Both the position numbers and the translations under genes were made by a program. From Candidatus Limnocylindrales bacterium (lineage in GTDB: Bacteria; Chloroflexota; Limnocylindria; Limnocylindrales; CSP1-4): a stretch of 64,000 nucleotides of DNA. Each line of letters opens with the position of its first letter. Within the stretch, counting starts at the first letter, position 1. The notes beneath the pieces are model-generated. The model was not told where the DNA came from, did no database searches, and was given only the letters and a program-made list of their open reading frames with translations. The DNA is taken from assembly GCA_038325875.1 (NCBI GenBank), contig JBBQJL010000003.1:26361-90360 (forward strand), written 5' to 3'. Of the stretch, positions 18,017 to 26,859 are shown piece by piece.

Positions 18017-18093
18017 ATGGTCGGGGCGGCCGGATTTGAACCGACGACCACCAGTCCCCCAGACTGGTGCGCTACCAGACTGCGCCACGCCCC
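18017..18093 (-). tRNA. tRNA-Pro, anticodon GGG
   Basis: The reverse complement is CGGGGCGTGGCGCAGTCTGGTAGCGCACCAGTCTGGGGGACTGGTGGTCGTCGGTTCAAATCCGGCCGCCCCGACCA. It folds as a cloverleaf: 7-bp acceptor CGGGGCG/CGCCCCG, D-arm GCGC/GCGC, anticodon stem CCAGT/ACTGG with loop CTGGGGG (GGG at positions 34-36, G37), T-loop TTCAAAT, and an encoded CCA. Confidence 0.95.
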
Positions 18094-18123
18094 GAGAGGG
18101 TCCGAGTCTAGCAGACGGGCGGA

Positions 18124-19164
18124 TCAGCTCCGTTCCAGGCCGGCCATCCAGGTCCGGTAGTCGGCTAGTTCGTCGGTCGATTCGCGGGCGAGCAGGTCGA
18201 CCAGGCAGCGCTTGACGCTCTTGCCCTCGAACAGCGCACGGTGAACCTCGCGGGCGATCGGCATCTCGACCCCGTATCGATCGGCAAGTCCGATCGCGGC
18301 GTCCACCGTATACGCACCCTCGGCCACGCCGGGCAGGTCGGCCTCGATATCGGTCCAGCGGCGACCCTTGGCCAGCTCGACGCCCAGGCGATGGTTGCGC
18401 GACAGCGGCGATCCGCAGGTCGCGATCACGTCGCCGATCCCGGCCAGGCCGGCGAACGTAAGCGGATTGGCACCCGCGGCGATCCCGAGCCGGGTCATCT
18501 CGGCCAGTCCCCGGGTCATCAGGCCCGCCTTGCCGTTGTCGCCGAAGCCGAGCTCCTCGGCCGCACCGGCCGCGATCGCGATCACGTTCTTGAGCGCCCC
18601 GCACAGTTCGACGCCGACCAGGTCCTCATTCACATAGAGGCGGAATCGTCGGCGGCGGATCCTCGCCTGGACGCGCTCAGCCAGCGCCTCATCCTCAGCC
18701 GCCACGACCGCCGAGGCCGGCAACCCACGGGCGATCTCGAGGGCCAGGTTCGGTCCGGACAGGGCCGCGATCCGGGCCGGATCGATGGCCCCTGCGTCGG
18801 CGATGACCTGGCTCATCCGGAGGAGCGTGCCGGCCTCGAGGCCCTTGACCACCGAGACAAGATCGGCCGACGGCGACAGGGCTCCGGCCAGCCGCACGAC
18901 TTCCGACCGAAGATGGCCCGACGGAACGGCGAACACCACCAGCTCGGTCGAGTCCAGAACGGATGGATCGCTCGACAGGGCCAGCCCTGGGGGGAACGCG
19001 ATCCCCGGCAGGCGGCGGGTGTTCGCGCGGTCAGCCGAGAGCCGCTCCGCGGTCTCCTCGGAACGTGCCAGGAGGACCGTCGGCTCCCGCCTGGCGAGCA
19101 GGATCGCGAGCGTCGTGCCCCAGGCACCGCTCCCGACGACGACGACCGGCGGCCCGGCGGTCAC
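18124..19164 (-). CDS. gpsA: NAD(P)H-dependent glycerol-3-phosphate dehydrogenase
   Basis: 346 aa. Contains [48 protein letters not shown]. The GTG start overlaps the der stop (GTGA). Confidence 0.9.
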   Translation of the reverse strand: MTAGPPVVVVGSGAWGTTLAILLARREPTVLLARSEETAERLSADRANTRRLPGIAFPPGLALSSDPSVLDSTELVVFAVPSGHLRSEVVRLAGALSPSADLVSVVKGLEAGTLLRMSQVIADAGAIDPARIAALSGPNLALEIARGLPASAVVAAEDEALAERVQARIRRRRFRLYVNEDLVGVELCGALKNVIAIAAGAAEELGFGDNGKAGLMTRGLAEMTRLGIAAGANPLTFAGLAGIGDVIATCGSPLSRNHRLGVELAKGRRWTDIEADLPGVAEGAYTVDAAIGLADRYGVEMPIAREVHRALFEGKSVKRCLVDLLARESTDELADYRTWMAGLERS

Positions 19165-20825
19165 CCCCGCCGGCTGCCCTTCGCGGCGGGCCGCGCCACC
19201 TTCTTTCCAGTCGACACGCCACCCTTGGTGTTGGCCTTCGCTCCGGCACCGCCGGCCTTGCGTCGGCGCGGCAGCTCGACCGAGCTGCGCTCGCGGAAGA
19301 CGAGCCGGATCGGCGTCCCGTCGAACCCATACGCCTCGCGGAGTTGGTTCTCGAGGAAGCGCCGGTAGCTGAAGTGGACGCTGCCGGCCTCCCGGGCGAA
19401 GATCACGAAGGTCGGTGGCGCGACGCCTGCTTGGGTGCCGTAGAAGATCTTCGGGCGCTTGTTCTTGACGACCGGCGGCGTCTGGCGCCGACCCGCCTCG
19501 ACCAGCAGTCGATTGAGCTCGCCGGTCGAGATCCGCTTCCGGCGTTCACCCCAGACGTCGACGGCAGCCTCGAGGACGCGCCCGACGCGCTGGCCGGTCT
19601 TGGCGCTGATCGACACGACCGGGGCGAAATCGAGGAACGGCACGTCCCGGCGGATCGTCCGGACGTACTCGTCGAACGTCCGGTCCGTCTTCTCGGCCAA
19701 GAGATCCCACTTGTTGATCGCGACGACCAGACCCTTGCCCTCCTCGGCGACGTAACCAGCGACGTGGGCATCCTGGGCGGTCAGCCCGTCGACCGCATCG
19801 AGGACGAGGATCGCCACGTCGCAGCGGGCGATCGCGCGGAGCGCGCGCAGTGCCGAGTACTTCTCCGAGTCAAGGCCGCCGGCGACCTTGCCCCGGCGGC
19901 GCATCCCGGCCGTGTCGATCAGGACGACCTCGCTGCGGCCATAGGCCAGGGTGGTGTCGATCGCGTCCCTGGTCGTGCCGGGGATCTCGCTGACGATCGA
20001 GCGCTCCTCCCCGAGCAGGGCGTTGAGCAGGCTCGACTTGCCGACGTTCGGTCGACCGACGATGGCGATGGCCACCGGGGCATCCTCGGTCTCGGCCGCG
20101 ATCGCCGCGTCCCACTTGCGCGCCTCGGCGTCGAGCGCCCGGTTCGCCCCGAAATCCTCGCCGTCGGCCTCGGTCTCCGCGCTGTCGTCGCCCTCGGCGT
20201 CAGCCTCGCCGTCGAGCGGCTTATCGCCGACGACCTGGGGCTCGAGGAAGCCGTCGGCCATGTCGCGGGCCCACGCCTCCGCCTCGGCCTCGCGGGTCTT
20301 GCGGACGAGCTCCTCGGGCGATTCGGACGGCAGCGCCCAGACGATGGCGTCGAGCAGGTCTCCGGTGCCGCGACCGTGGGCAGCGCTGATCGCGTAGGTC
20401 TCGTCCCAGCCGAGCGCGTAGAACTCGGCCGCCTCCAGCTCGCGCCGATCGTTGTCCGCCTTGTTCACCGCGACCAGGACCGGCGACGTCGCTCGGCGGA
20501 GCAGCTCGGCCGCCTCGAGGTCCGGCGGCGTGATCCCGGCCATCGCATCGACCACGAACACGATGACGTCCGCCTCGGCGATGGCCAGGCGGGCCTGTTC
20601 CTGGACGCGGGCCTCGATCGGATCGTCCGGATCGAGCTCGAGCCCGCCAGTGTCGACGATCAGGAAGCGGCGGCCGTTCCACTCGCTCTCGCCGTAGAGG
20701 CGATCCCGGGTGGTCCGCGCCCGGTCTTCGACGATCGCGTGGCGGGTGCCCAGGACGCGATTGAACAGCGTGCTCTTGCCCACGTTCGGGCGGCCGACCA
20801 CGGCCACGATCGGCAGGGCGTTCAC
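19161..20825 (-). CDS. der: ribosome-biogenesis GTPase Der (EngA), with a long acidic inter-domain linker and a basic C-terminal tail
   Basis: Two G domains, each with a P-loop ([12 protein letters not shown] and [12 protein letters not shown]), plus DTGG/DTAG and NKAD/NKWD motifs and a KH-like C-terminus. 554 aa. Confidence 0.92.
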   Translation of the reverse strand: MNALPIVAVVGRPNVGKSTLFNRVLGTRHAIVEDRARTTRDRLYGESEWNGRRFLIVDTGGLELDPDDPIEARVQEQARLAIAEADVIVFVVDAMAGITPPDLEAAELLRRATSPVLVAVNKADNDRRELEAAEFYALGWDETYAISAAHGRGTGDLLDAIVWALPSESPEELVRKTREAEAEAWARDMADGFLEPQVVGDKPLDGEADAEGDDSAETEADGEDFGANRALDAEARKWDAAIAAETEDAPVAIAIVGRPNVGKSSLLNALLGEERSIVSEIPGTTRDAIDTTLAYGRSEVVLIDTAGMRRRGKVAGGLDSEKYSALRALRAIARCDVAILVLDAVDGLTAQDAHVAGYVAEEGKGLVVAINKWDLLAEKTDRTFDEYVRTIRRDVPFLDFAPVVSISAKTGQRVGRVLEAAVDVWGERRKRISTGELNRLLVEAGRRQTPPVVKNKRPKIFYGTQAGVAPPTFVIFAREAGSVHFSYRRFLENQLREAYGFDGTPIRLVFRERSSVELPRRRKAGGAGAKANTKGGVSTGKKVARPAAKGSRRG

Positions 20826-20833
20826 GGCGGCGA

Positions 20834-21814
20834 TCAGGCGGCGCCGGGAGTCGAGGTTGCGCTCGGCTCGCGCGCTGGGAGCGAGGTGGTTCGGCCGGCA
20901 GGCGTGGCGGCGGCGAGCAGGGCAGCCATGGCCAGGTCGTGGGCGCCCGCGGCGGCGGCGGCGGTCCCGGCCAGTTCGAGGATCCGCTCGGCGACCGCCT
21001 GGAGATCCTCGATCGGGGTCGATGTGCCGCCGGTCACCCCGACGACCTCGGCCGCACCGAAGACCGATGGATCCTCAAGGTCACGGACGCTTTCGATCTG
21101 GACGGCATGCGTCCCGGCGATCTCGCACAGCCGGGTCAGCTCCTTGGTATTGGCCGACGAGCGCCCGCCGACGACGACCATGAGGTCCACCTCGCGGGCC
21201 GTCTCGAGGGTGTCCTCCTGGCGGCGGATCGTGACCGGGCAGACCGTATTGACGATCTTCAGCTCATGGCTGCGCGAGACCATGAACGCGGCCAGCTTCT
21301 CGAACTTCCAGGGCGGCTGGGTGCTCTGCGAGATGAGGGCCATCTTCTTGCGCCGCGGGATGAGTCCCCAGTCGGTCTCCTCATCGACGACGATGGCGTC
21401 CGGGGCGAAGCCGAGCAGGCCGGCGACCTCCGGATGCTTGGGCGTGCCGAGCAGGACGATGGTGTAGCCCTCCTCGACCAGGCGGATCAGCTCGCGCTGC
21501 TCCTGGATGACCCAGGTGCAGGTCCCGTCGATGACCTCGAGGCCGCGCGCCTCGGCCCGTTCCATGACCTCGGGGCGGACGCCGTGAGCGCGGATGACGA
21601 CCGCCGCGCCGTGGTCGACGTCGTCGAGCGATTCGACCGTCTCGACCCCGATCGCCTCGAGGTCGCGGATCACGCCTTCGTTGTGGACGACCTGGCCCAG
21701 GGTATGGGTGGCCTTGCCTGTCGCCGCCGACTCCTTGGCCTTGTCGATCGCCTCGCGGACGCCATAGCAGAACCCGGTGCGCTTGGCGATCCTGACGTCG
21801 CGAACGGTGCCCAT
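20834..21814 (-). CDS. ispH: 4-hydroxy-3-methylbut-2-enyl diphosphate reductase
   Basis: Contains [22 protein letters not shown], and NTVCPVT (three Fe-S cysteines). About 45 aa of Ala-rich C-terminal tail. Confidence 0.9.
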   Translation of the reverse strand: MGTVRDVRIAKRTGFCYGVREAIDKAKESAATGKATHTLGQVVHNEGVIRDLEAIGVETVESLDDVDHGAAVVIRAHGVRPEVMERAEARGLEVIDGTCTWVIQEQRELIRLVEEGYTIVLLGTPKHPEVAGLLGFAPDAIVVDEETDWGLIPRRKKMALISQSTQPPWKFEKLAAFMVSRSHELKIVNTVCPVTIRRQEDTLETAREVDLMVVVGGRSSANTKELTRLCEIAGTHAVQIESVRDLEDPSVFGAAEVVGVTGGTSTPIEDLQAVAERILELAGTAAAAAGAHDLAMAALLAAATPAGRTTSLPAREPSATSTPGAA

Positions 21815-21822
21815 CGGCTCGA

Positions 21823-23316
21823 TTATCGCACGGGGCCCCCGTCAGACCCCTCGGTCGGGGCTGTGGCTGCGGTCGTCATGCCGGCGGTGGCGACCGCGTC
21901 GGCGTAGAAGCCGCGCTGGTCGGGCGGGAGCAGCTCGGCGATCCGCCCCATGATCTCGGTCGTGGCGGCGACCTGGGCTGCGCGCCGTTCCGCGCCCGCT
22001 CCCGGCGCACTGACCGTGAATGGCTGTCCGACCCGGAGCGTGACCGAGGCGCGTGTCGGGTGCGGCAGCTTCTGGCCGCGGGGCCACACCCGGGGTGTCC
22101 CGGACACGCCGATCGGGACGATCCGGGCGCCGGTCCGGAGGGCGAGGATGGTCGTCCCTTCCTTCGCCTCCTGGAGCTTGCCGCTCGGGCTTCGCGTCCC
22201 CTCCGGGAAGACGATCAGGACATGACCCTCGTCGAGGACCCGCTTGGCCGTCCGGAACGCATCCACGTCGGCCGCGCCACGCTGGATGCCGATGACCGCG
22301 TTGAGCTCGATGAACTTGCCCACGACCGGCCAGTCGAGGGCTTCCTGCTTGCCCAGCCAGTAGATCCGCCGACGAATCGCCGGCGTCACGAACGACCCGA
22401 TCAGCGGCGGATCCGCGTTCGAGATGTGGTTCGACACGAGCAGGATCGGGCCGTCGAGGTCGCGCAGGTGCTCCAGACCGTCCATCTGGATCCGGCCAGC
22501 GAAGCGCCACACGATCCGGCCGAACGCATCCGTCGCCCGGATGAACCACGTCCGCCCGTCGGCGAGCGGCTTCGGCGGGGCCGACTTCGCGCGGACCGGG
22601 GGCGGGACCGGCTCGGCGGCCGGCGAGCGTGCCAGGGATCTCGTCTCGGCGGCGCGGATCGCGCTGACGACCGCGGCGACCGTCTGCTCGAAGGTGTTGC
22701 CGTCGGTCGCGATGACTGTGGCGTCGGCGGCGGCGCGCAGCGGAGCCACCGCCCGGTTCCGATCCAGGTCGTCGCGCCGATGAAGATCGGCCAGGATCTC
22801 GGCCGCCTCGGCTGAGTCGGAGGCCAGGCCGCGTTCCTCGGCCCTCCGGCGGGCGCGCTCCTCGGCCGACGCGTCGAGGAAGATCTTCAGGTCGGCATCG
22901 GGCAGGACGACGGTCCCGATATCGCGACCGGCCATCACGATCCCCCCAGCGACCGCGAGCGCGCGTTGCCGCTCGAGCAGAGCCGCTCGGACCTCGGGGA
23001 CCCGGGCCACCTCGCTGACGCTCCGATCCACCTCGGGTCCTCGGACGTCGGAGGTCACGTCGACGCCGTCGACCATGACCCGCGACAGCCGGCCGTCGCC
23101 ATCGTCGGCCAGCTCGACCTGGCCGACCAGCGGCTCGAGCGCCGCCGCATCGCTCAGGTCGACGCCGGCCTTCAGGGCCAGACCGGTCAGCGCGCGGTAG
23201 AGCAGGCCGGTGTCGCAGAAGCGGTAGCCGAGCTCCCTGGCGGCCGCGGCACCGACGCTACTCTTGCCCGACGATGCCGGGCCGTCGATCGCGACCGTCG
23301 GGCGTGCCCCGGTCAT
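21823..23316 (-). CDS. cmk: fusion protein: cytidylate kinase (N-terminal) + 1-acyl-sn-glycerol-3-phosphate acyltransferase-like LPLAT domain (C-terminal)
   Basis: Residues 1 to about 225 carry VAIDGPASSGKSSVG, DTGLLYRA and GRDIGTVV (Cmk). After an Ala/Pro linker come the acyltransferase motifs VSNHISNADP (HX4D) and FPEGTRS. It is a single uninterrupted 497-aa frame. Confidence 0.85.
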   Translation of the reverse strand: MTGARPTVAIDGPASSGKSSVGAAAARELGYRFCDTGLLYRALTGLALKAGVDLSDAAALEPLVGQVELADDGDGRLSRVMVDGVDVTSDVRGPEVDRSVSEVARVPEVRAALLERQRALAVAGGIVMAGRDIGTVVLPDADLKIFLDASAEERARRRAEERGLASDSAEAAEILADLHRRDDLDRNRAVAPLRAAADATVIATDGNTFEQTVAAVVSAIRAAETRSLARSPAAEPVPPPVRAKSAPPKPLADGRTWFIRATDAFGRIVWRFAGRIQMDGLEHLRDLDGPILLVSNHISNADPPLIGSFVTPAIRRRIYWLGKQEALDWPVVGKFIELNAVIGIQRGAADVDAFRTAKRVLDEGHVLIVFPEGTRSPSGKLQEAKEGTTILALRTGARIVPIGVSGTPRVWPRGQKLPHPTRASVTLRVGQPFTVSAPGAGAERRAAQVAATTEIMGRIAELLPPDQRGFYADAVATAGMTTAATAPTEGSDGGPVR

Positions 23317-24092
23317 CGAGTCGGGGCGAGCCGGCCGGCGCCGAGCGAACGGACCTCGGCGGCGCTCAGCGGACGCACCGCACCTGAGCGCAAGGTGGCC
23401 AGGCGGACGGTCCCGATCCGGACCCTGGCGAGCCGGGCGATGGGCGTCCCGTTCGCCGCGAACATCCGACGGAGCTGACGCTTCCAGCCCTGTTGCAGAG
23501 TGGCCCGATACCAGACCAGTCGGTCCGGTGGTGGTTCGAGCAGATCGACCAGCCCACGGACCTCGACGCCGGTCATCGGCCGGAGATGCCCGAGCGTGGC
23601 GTGGCCCTCCTCGAGCCTGACCCCCGCCCGCAACGCATCGATCTGGTCGCCGCTCAATGACGACGCCAGGCCGATGGCGTACTCCCGCTCGACACCGAAC
23701 CGCGGATGGAGCACGCGGTCCGCCCAGGCCCCGTCGTTGGTCATCAGGATCAGCCCCTCGGAATCCTGGTCGAGCCGGCCGACCGGGTAGAGCCGACCTG
23801 CACCGGCCAGGGCGCGCGGGACGAGGTCGACGATCGTCCGTTCGGCATGCCGGTCCTTCGTCGTCGAGGTGACCCCGAGCGGCTTGTGGACGACCAGGTG
23901 GACGAGCGCCGACGCCTCGCCGACCGGCCGCCCGTCAACGGCGATCACCGCGATCGCGGGCTCGACCGATTCGCCGAGGGTCGCGACCCTCCCGTCGACC
24001 GTGACCCGGCCGGCCGTGATCAGCCGCTCGGCCTCGCGCCGAGAGGCGATCCCGGCCGAAGCGATGACCTTCTGGATCCGTTCGGGCGCCAT
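23313..24092 (-). CDS. rluB: pseudouridine synthase, RluB/RsuA family
   Basis: S4 domain (RIQKVIASAGIASRREAERLI), the catalytic motif YPVGRLDQDSEGLILMTNDG, and REY. Its ATG overlaps the scpB TGA by 1 nt. Confidence 0.88.
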   Translation of the reverse strand: MAPERIQKVIASAGIASRREAERLITAGRVTVDGRVATLGESVEPAIAVIAVDGRPVGEASALVHLVVHKPLGVTSTTKDRHAERTIVDLVPRALAGAGRLYPVGRLDQDSEGLILMTNDGAWADRVLHPRFGVEREYAIGLASSLSGDQIDALRAGVRLEEGHATLGHLRPMTGVEVRGLVDLLEPPPDRLVWYRATLQQGWKRQLRRMFAANGTPIARLARVRIGTVRLATLRSGAVRPLSAAEVRSLGAGRLAPTR

Positions 24093-24775
24093 CAGGACGG
24101 ACCCGGACCGACCGCCACGCCGAGCGACCCGCCGCGATCAGTGGTGGTCCCGTCGTCGGCGGTCGCGGCATCGTCCGCATCCGCGCCGGCGGCTCGTTCG
24201 GCCGCTTCCTCGACGAGGCGCGCGGCGACATCCGCGTCGAGCGGCGGCAGCTCGTCGAGGCTGGCGATCCCGAACCGCTCGAGGAACTCGAAGTCGGTCC
24301 CGTACAGGTAGGGCCGGCCGGGGGACTCGGACCGGCCGAGCTCGACGATCAGCCGGCGATGGAGCAGCGCCCGGATCGTGTAGTCCGAGTCGACCCCGCG
24401 GATCCGCTCGACTCCCCCGCGCGTCACCGGCTGCCGATAGGCCACGATCGCCAGGGTCTCGAGTGCCGCTGGCGAGAGCCTGGTCGCGCCCGCCCCGACG
24501 TAGCGGCCGATGAGCCGGCCCGCCTCGGGCGCGGTCGCCAGCTCGACCCGCTCGCCCGACACGATGAGCCGGATCCCCCGCTCCACCAGGCTGACCTCGA
24601 GGTCCCCGATCCGCGCGTCGACCGTCGCCCGGTCCACCCCGGCCAGGCCCGCGATCTCGCGCCGATCGAGCGGCCGCTCGGCGACGAACAGGAGCGCCTC
24701 GAGGGTCGCCTCGGTCAGGCCGATCGACTCGGTGGCCTCGGTCGCTTCGGTCGCCGCGTCGAGCGACTCGGTCAT
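24092..24775 (-). CDS. scpB: segregation and condensation protein B
   Basis: I prefer ATG at 24775 (MTESLD...), which overlaps the scpA stop (ATGA). Contains EALLFVAERPL, LSPAALETLAIVAYRQPVTRGGVERIRGV, GRPYLYGTDFEFLERFG. Confidence 0.88.
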   Translation of the reverse strand: MTESLDAATEATEATESIGLTEATLEALLFVAERPLDRREIAGLAGVDRATVDARIGDLEVSLVERGIRLIVSGERVELATAPEAGRLIGRYVGAGATRLSPAALETLAIVAYRQPVTRGGVERIRGVDSDYTIRALLHRRLIVELGRSESPGRPYLYGTDFEFLERFGIASLDELPPLDADVAARLVEEAAERAAGADADDAATADDGTTTDRGGSLGVAVGPGPS

Positions 24776-25677
24776 GCGAACGACTCCAGCGTCTCGTCGA
24801 TCGGCACGTCGGTCAGGATCCCACCCGCGGCGGCTCGCTCCTCGGCGGTCGTCGAGCGGGCGATGATCGGTCCCCATGGCTCGTGCTGCTCGACGACGAT
24901 CTCGCGCCGCTTCATCAGCTCGAGCAGGGCCAGGAAGGTGACCGCGACCACGACCCGATCGCGCACCCCGGCCAGCAGCTCCTGGAGGACGATCCGGTCG
25001 GCCCCGCGCAGGGCGGCCCGCACGATATTCGCCCGCTGGGCGATCGTGATCGTGCGAGCGACCGTCTCGGGCGGCGGGGGCGGCGGCGGGACCACCCGAA
25101 GCATCCGGACGAGGGCGGTCGCCAGCAAGCGCGGGTCCATCGGCCGCGGGATCAGCACCGCACCTGCACGCCCCGACGCGGTCGCCGCGGCCGGCTCGCG
25201 CCGAAACAGGCCCACCCGCTCGACGGCGCCGGCCTGGAGCAGGGCGCCGGCATCGCGGTGGGCCCGGTACAGGATCAGCCGGGCGCGCAGCTCCGCCTCG
25301 GGGTCCGGTGCCTCGTCCAGGGCGACCACGGCCGGGTCGACCCGCCGCGGAAGCATCGCCCGGCTCTTGATCAGGATGAGCTGGCCGGCGATCGCCACGA
25401 ACCCGCTGACGTTGCCGATCCGATCCGACTCGAGCCCGACCAGGGCGTCGAGATACGCCTCGGCCAGGGCGCCGAGCGGGACGGTCATCACGTCGAGCTG
25501 GCGCAGCTCGATGAGCGACAGGAGCAGCCCGAGCGGCCCATCGAACGAGTCGAGGTGGACTCGGGTGGCGATCTCCGGCCGGCGACCGTCGCCGAAGACG
25601 ACCGACGGAGCGACGCCGACCGACGACTCTCCCGGCCCGGCGGGTGACACCGCCATCGGCACGGCCGACTCGACCAT
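24772..25677 (-). CDS. scpA: segregation and condensation protein A
   Basis: I prefer ATG at 25677 (MVESAV...); the track extension to 25887 is Arg-rich. Contains FDGPLGLLLSLIELRQLDVMTVPLGALAEAYL and the C-terminal winged helix VVVAVTFLALLELMKRREI. Confidence 0.88.
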   Translation of the reverse strand: MVESAVPMAVSPAGPGESSVGVAPSVVFGDGRRPEIATRVHLDSFDGPLGLLLSLIELRQLDVMTVPLGALAEAYLDALVGLESDRIGNVSGFVAIAGQLILIKSRAMLPRRVDPAVVALDEAPDPEAELRARLILYRAHRDAGALLQAGAVERVGLFRREPAAATASGRAGAVLIPRPMDPRLLATALVRMLRVVPPPPPPPETVARTITIAQRANIVRAALRGADRIVLQELLAGVRDRVVVAVTFLALLELMKRREIVVEQHEPWGPIIARSTTAEERAAAGGILTDVPIDETLESFA

Positions 25678-25679
25678 CG

Positions 25680-26183
25680 TCAGTTCGCCTCGTCGGCGAG
25701 GCGCAGGAGCTCGCCGGCGGTCGGGTCGGCGGGGTCGGCCTGGCGACGGATCAGCTCGGCGGTCCGGACCGAACAGCCAGCCTCGAGCGCCATCTGGGCG
25801 GATCGCTCGGCATGGTCGCGCAGCCGGTCGAATGCCGGCCCGAACCCCGGCAGACGGCGGGTGGCGGACACGATCCACGGCCCCCACGCCTCGCCGAGCG
25901 ACCAGGCCACTCGAGGCCAGACGCCGACCGTCGGGCCCTTGGCGCAGTCATGGAGGAGTCCGGCCAGGAGCAAGTCGTCGTCGATCGAGCCACCGGCCCG
26001 GAGGGTCGCCACCACGTCCAGGCCGTGCCGCTGGTCCGCGACGTGCATCCCGTCGAACAGGGCCAGCTGGGTCGCTGTCAGCCAGGCACCGACGGTCGCC
26101 CGCTCCTCGACTCCGACCCGGGCGGTCAGGTGCGCGCGGAACTGGCGGACCTTAGGTCCCCAGGAGAACGTCGGTGAGGCCAT
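25680..26183 (-). CDS. HD-domain (metal-dependent phosphohydrolase-like) protein
   Basis: 167 aa. Contains H..DQRHG and LLAGLLHDCAKG (an HD pair). It overlaps the end of the upstream S2P-family gene by 32 nt, and there is no alternative in-frame start. Confidence 0.65.
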   Translation of the reverse strand: MASPTFSWGPKVRQFRAHLTARVGVEERATVGAWLTATQLALFDGMHVADQRHGLDVVATLRAGGSIDDDLLLAGLLHDCAKGPTVGVWPRVAWSLGEAWGPWIVSATRRLPGFGPAFDRLRDHAERSAQMALEAGCSVRTAELIRRQADPADPTAGELLRLADEAN

Positions 26184-26793
26184 AGATCGCGGCTCCGAGG
26201 TATCGCCCGCCGAACAGGACGACCACCAGGACGAGCATCAAGCCGTACTGGGCGAGCATCGGCCTGAGCCGCCACGCCGTCTGAGGCGACACGAGGCGGA
26301 ACAGGACCGCCGACCCGTCCAACGGCGGGACCGGGATCATGTTGAAGATGGCCAGGCTGATGTTGAAGACAACGAACAGGTAGACGATCTGCCAGATGAT
26401 CTGGGGCGGGTCGAGCTGCAGAAACCCGAGCGCGCGGAAGACGATCGCCCCGAGGAGGGCCATGACCAGGTTCGAGGCGGGACCGGCGACCGCGACCCAC
26501 ACGTCGCCGTTCCGCCGATCGCGCAGGTTGGATGGGTTGACCGGGGTCGGCTTGGCCCAGCCGACGATGAAGCCCGCCCCGAGGAGCGTGCTCAGGACGA
26601 GCATCCCACCACCGAGCGGATCGAAGTGGACGACCGGGTTGAGTGACAGCCGCCCGAACATCTTGGCCGTCCCGTCGCCGAGCCGGTAGGCCACGTAGGC
26701 ATGGAAGAACTCGTGGATCGGAAAGGCGATGCCCAGGAAGATGACGATGAGGATCGCGTCTGAGACGAGTGCGCCAGGGGTCAGGTCGAACAC
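26152..26793 (-). CDS. site-2 protease (peptidase M50)-family membrane protein
   Basis: 213 aa, multi-TM. The HExxH motif sits inside a TM (FPIHEFFHAYVAY), followed by NPVVHFDPLG and GPASNL. Confidence 0.8.
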   Translation of the reverse strand: MFDLTPGALVSDAILIVIFLGIAFPIHEFFHAYVAYRLGDGTAKMFGRLSLNPVVHFDPLGGGMLVLSTLLGAGFIVGWAKPTPVNPSNLRDRRNGDVWVAVAGPASNLVMALLGAIVFRALGFLQLDPPQIIWQIVYLFVVFNISLAIFNMIPVPPLDGSAVLFRLVSPQTAWRLRPMLAQYGLMLVLVVVLFGGRYLGAAIYGLTDVLLGT

Positions 26794-26859
26794 GCGGTTG
26801 AAGCTCCGGTCAGCGACGAGGGTGGTCGCCCTATCCTACCGTCCTCGCGACGGGTGGGC

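Noticed and set aside
18963-21467. 834-aa plus-strand ORF. Similar very long ORFs lie at 24359..26155, 28165..30384, 42563..44737, 46459..48939 and 56697..58814.
   Set aside because: All lie exactly antisense to strongly supported minus-strand genes (der/ispH, scpA, recN, FtsA-like/alaS, secreted protein, aspS). They are Arg/Pro/Gly/Asp-rich with no motifs, and they are the expected stop-free shadow frames of very GC-rich coding DNA.
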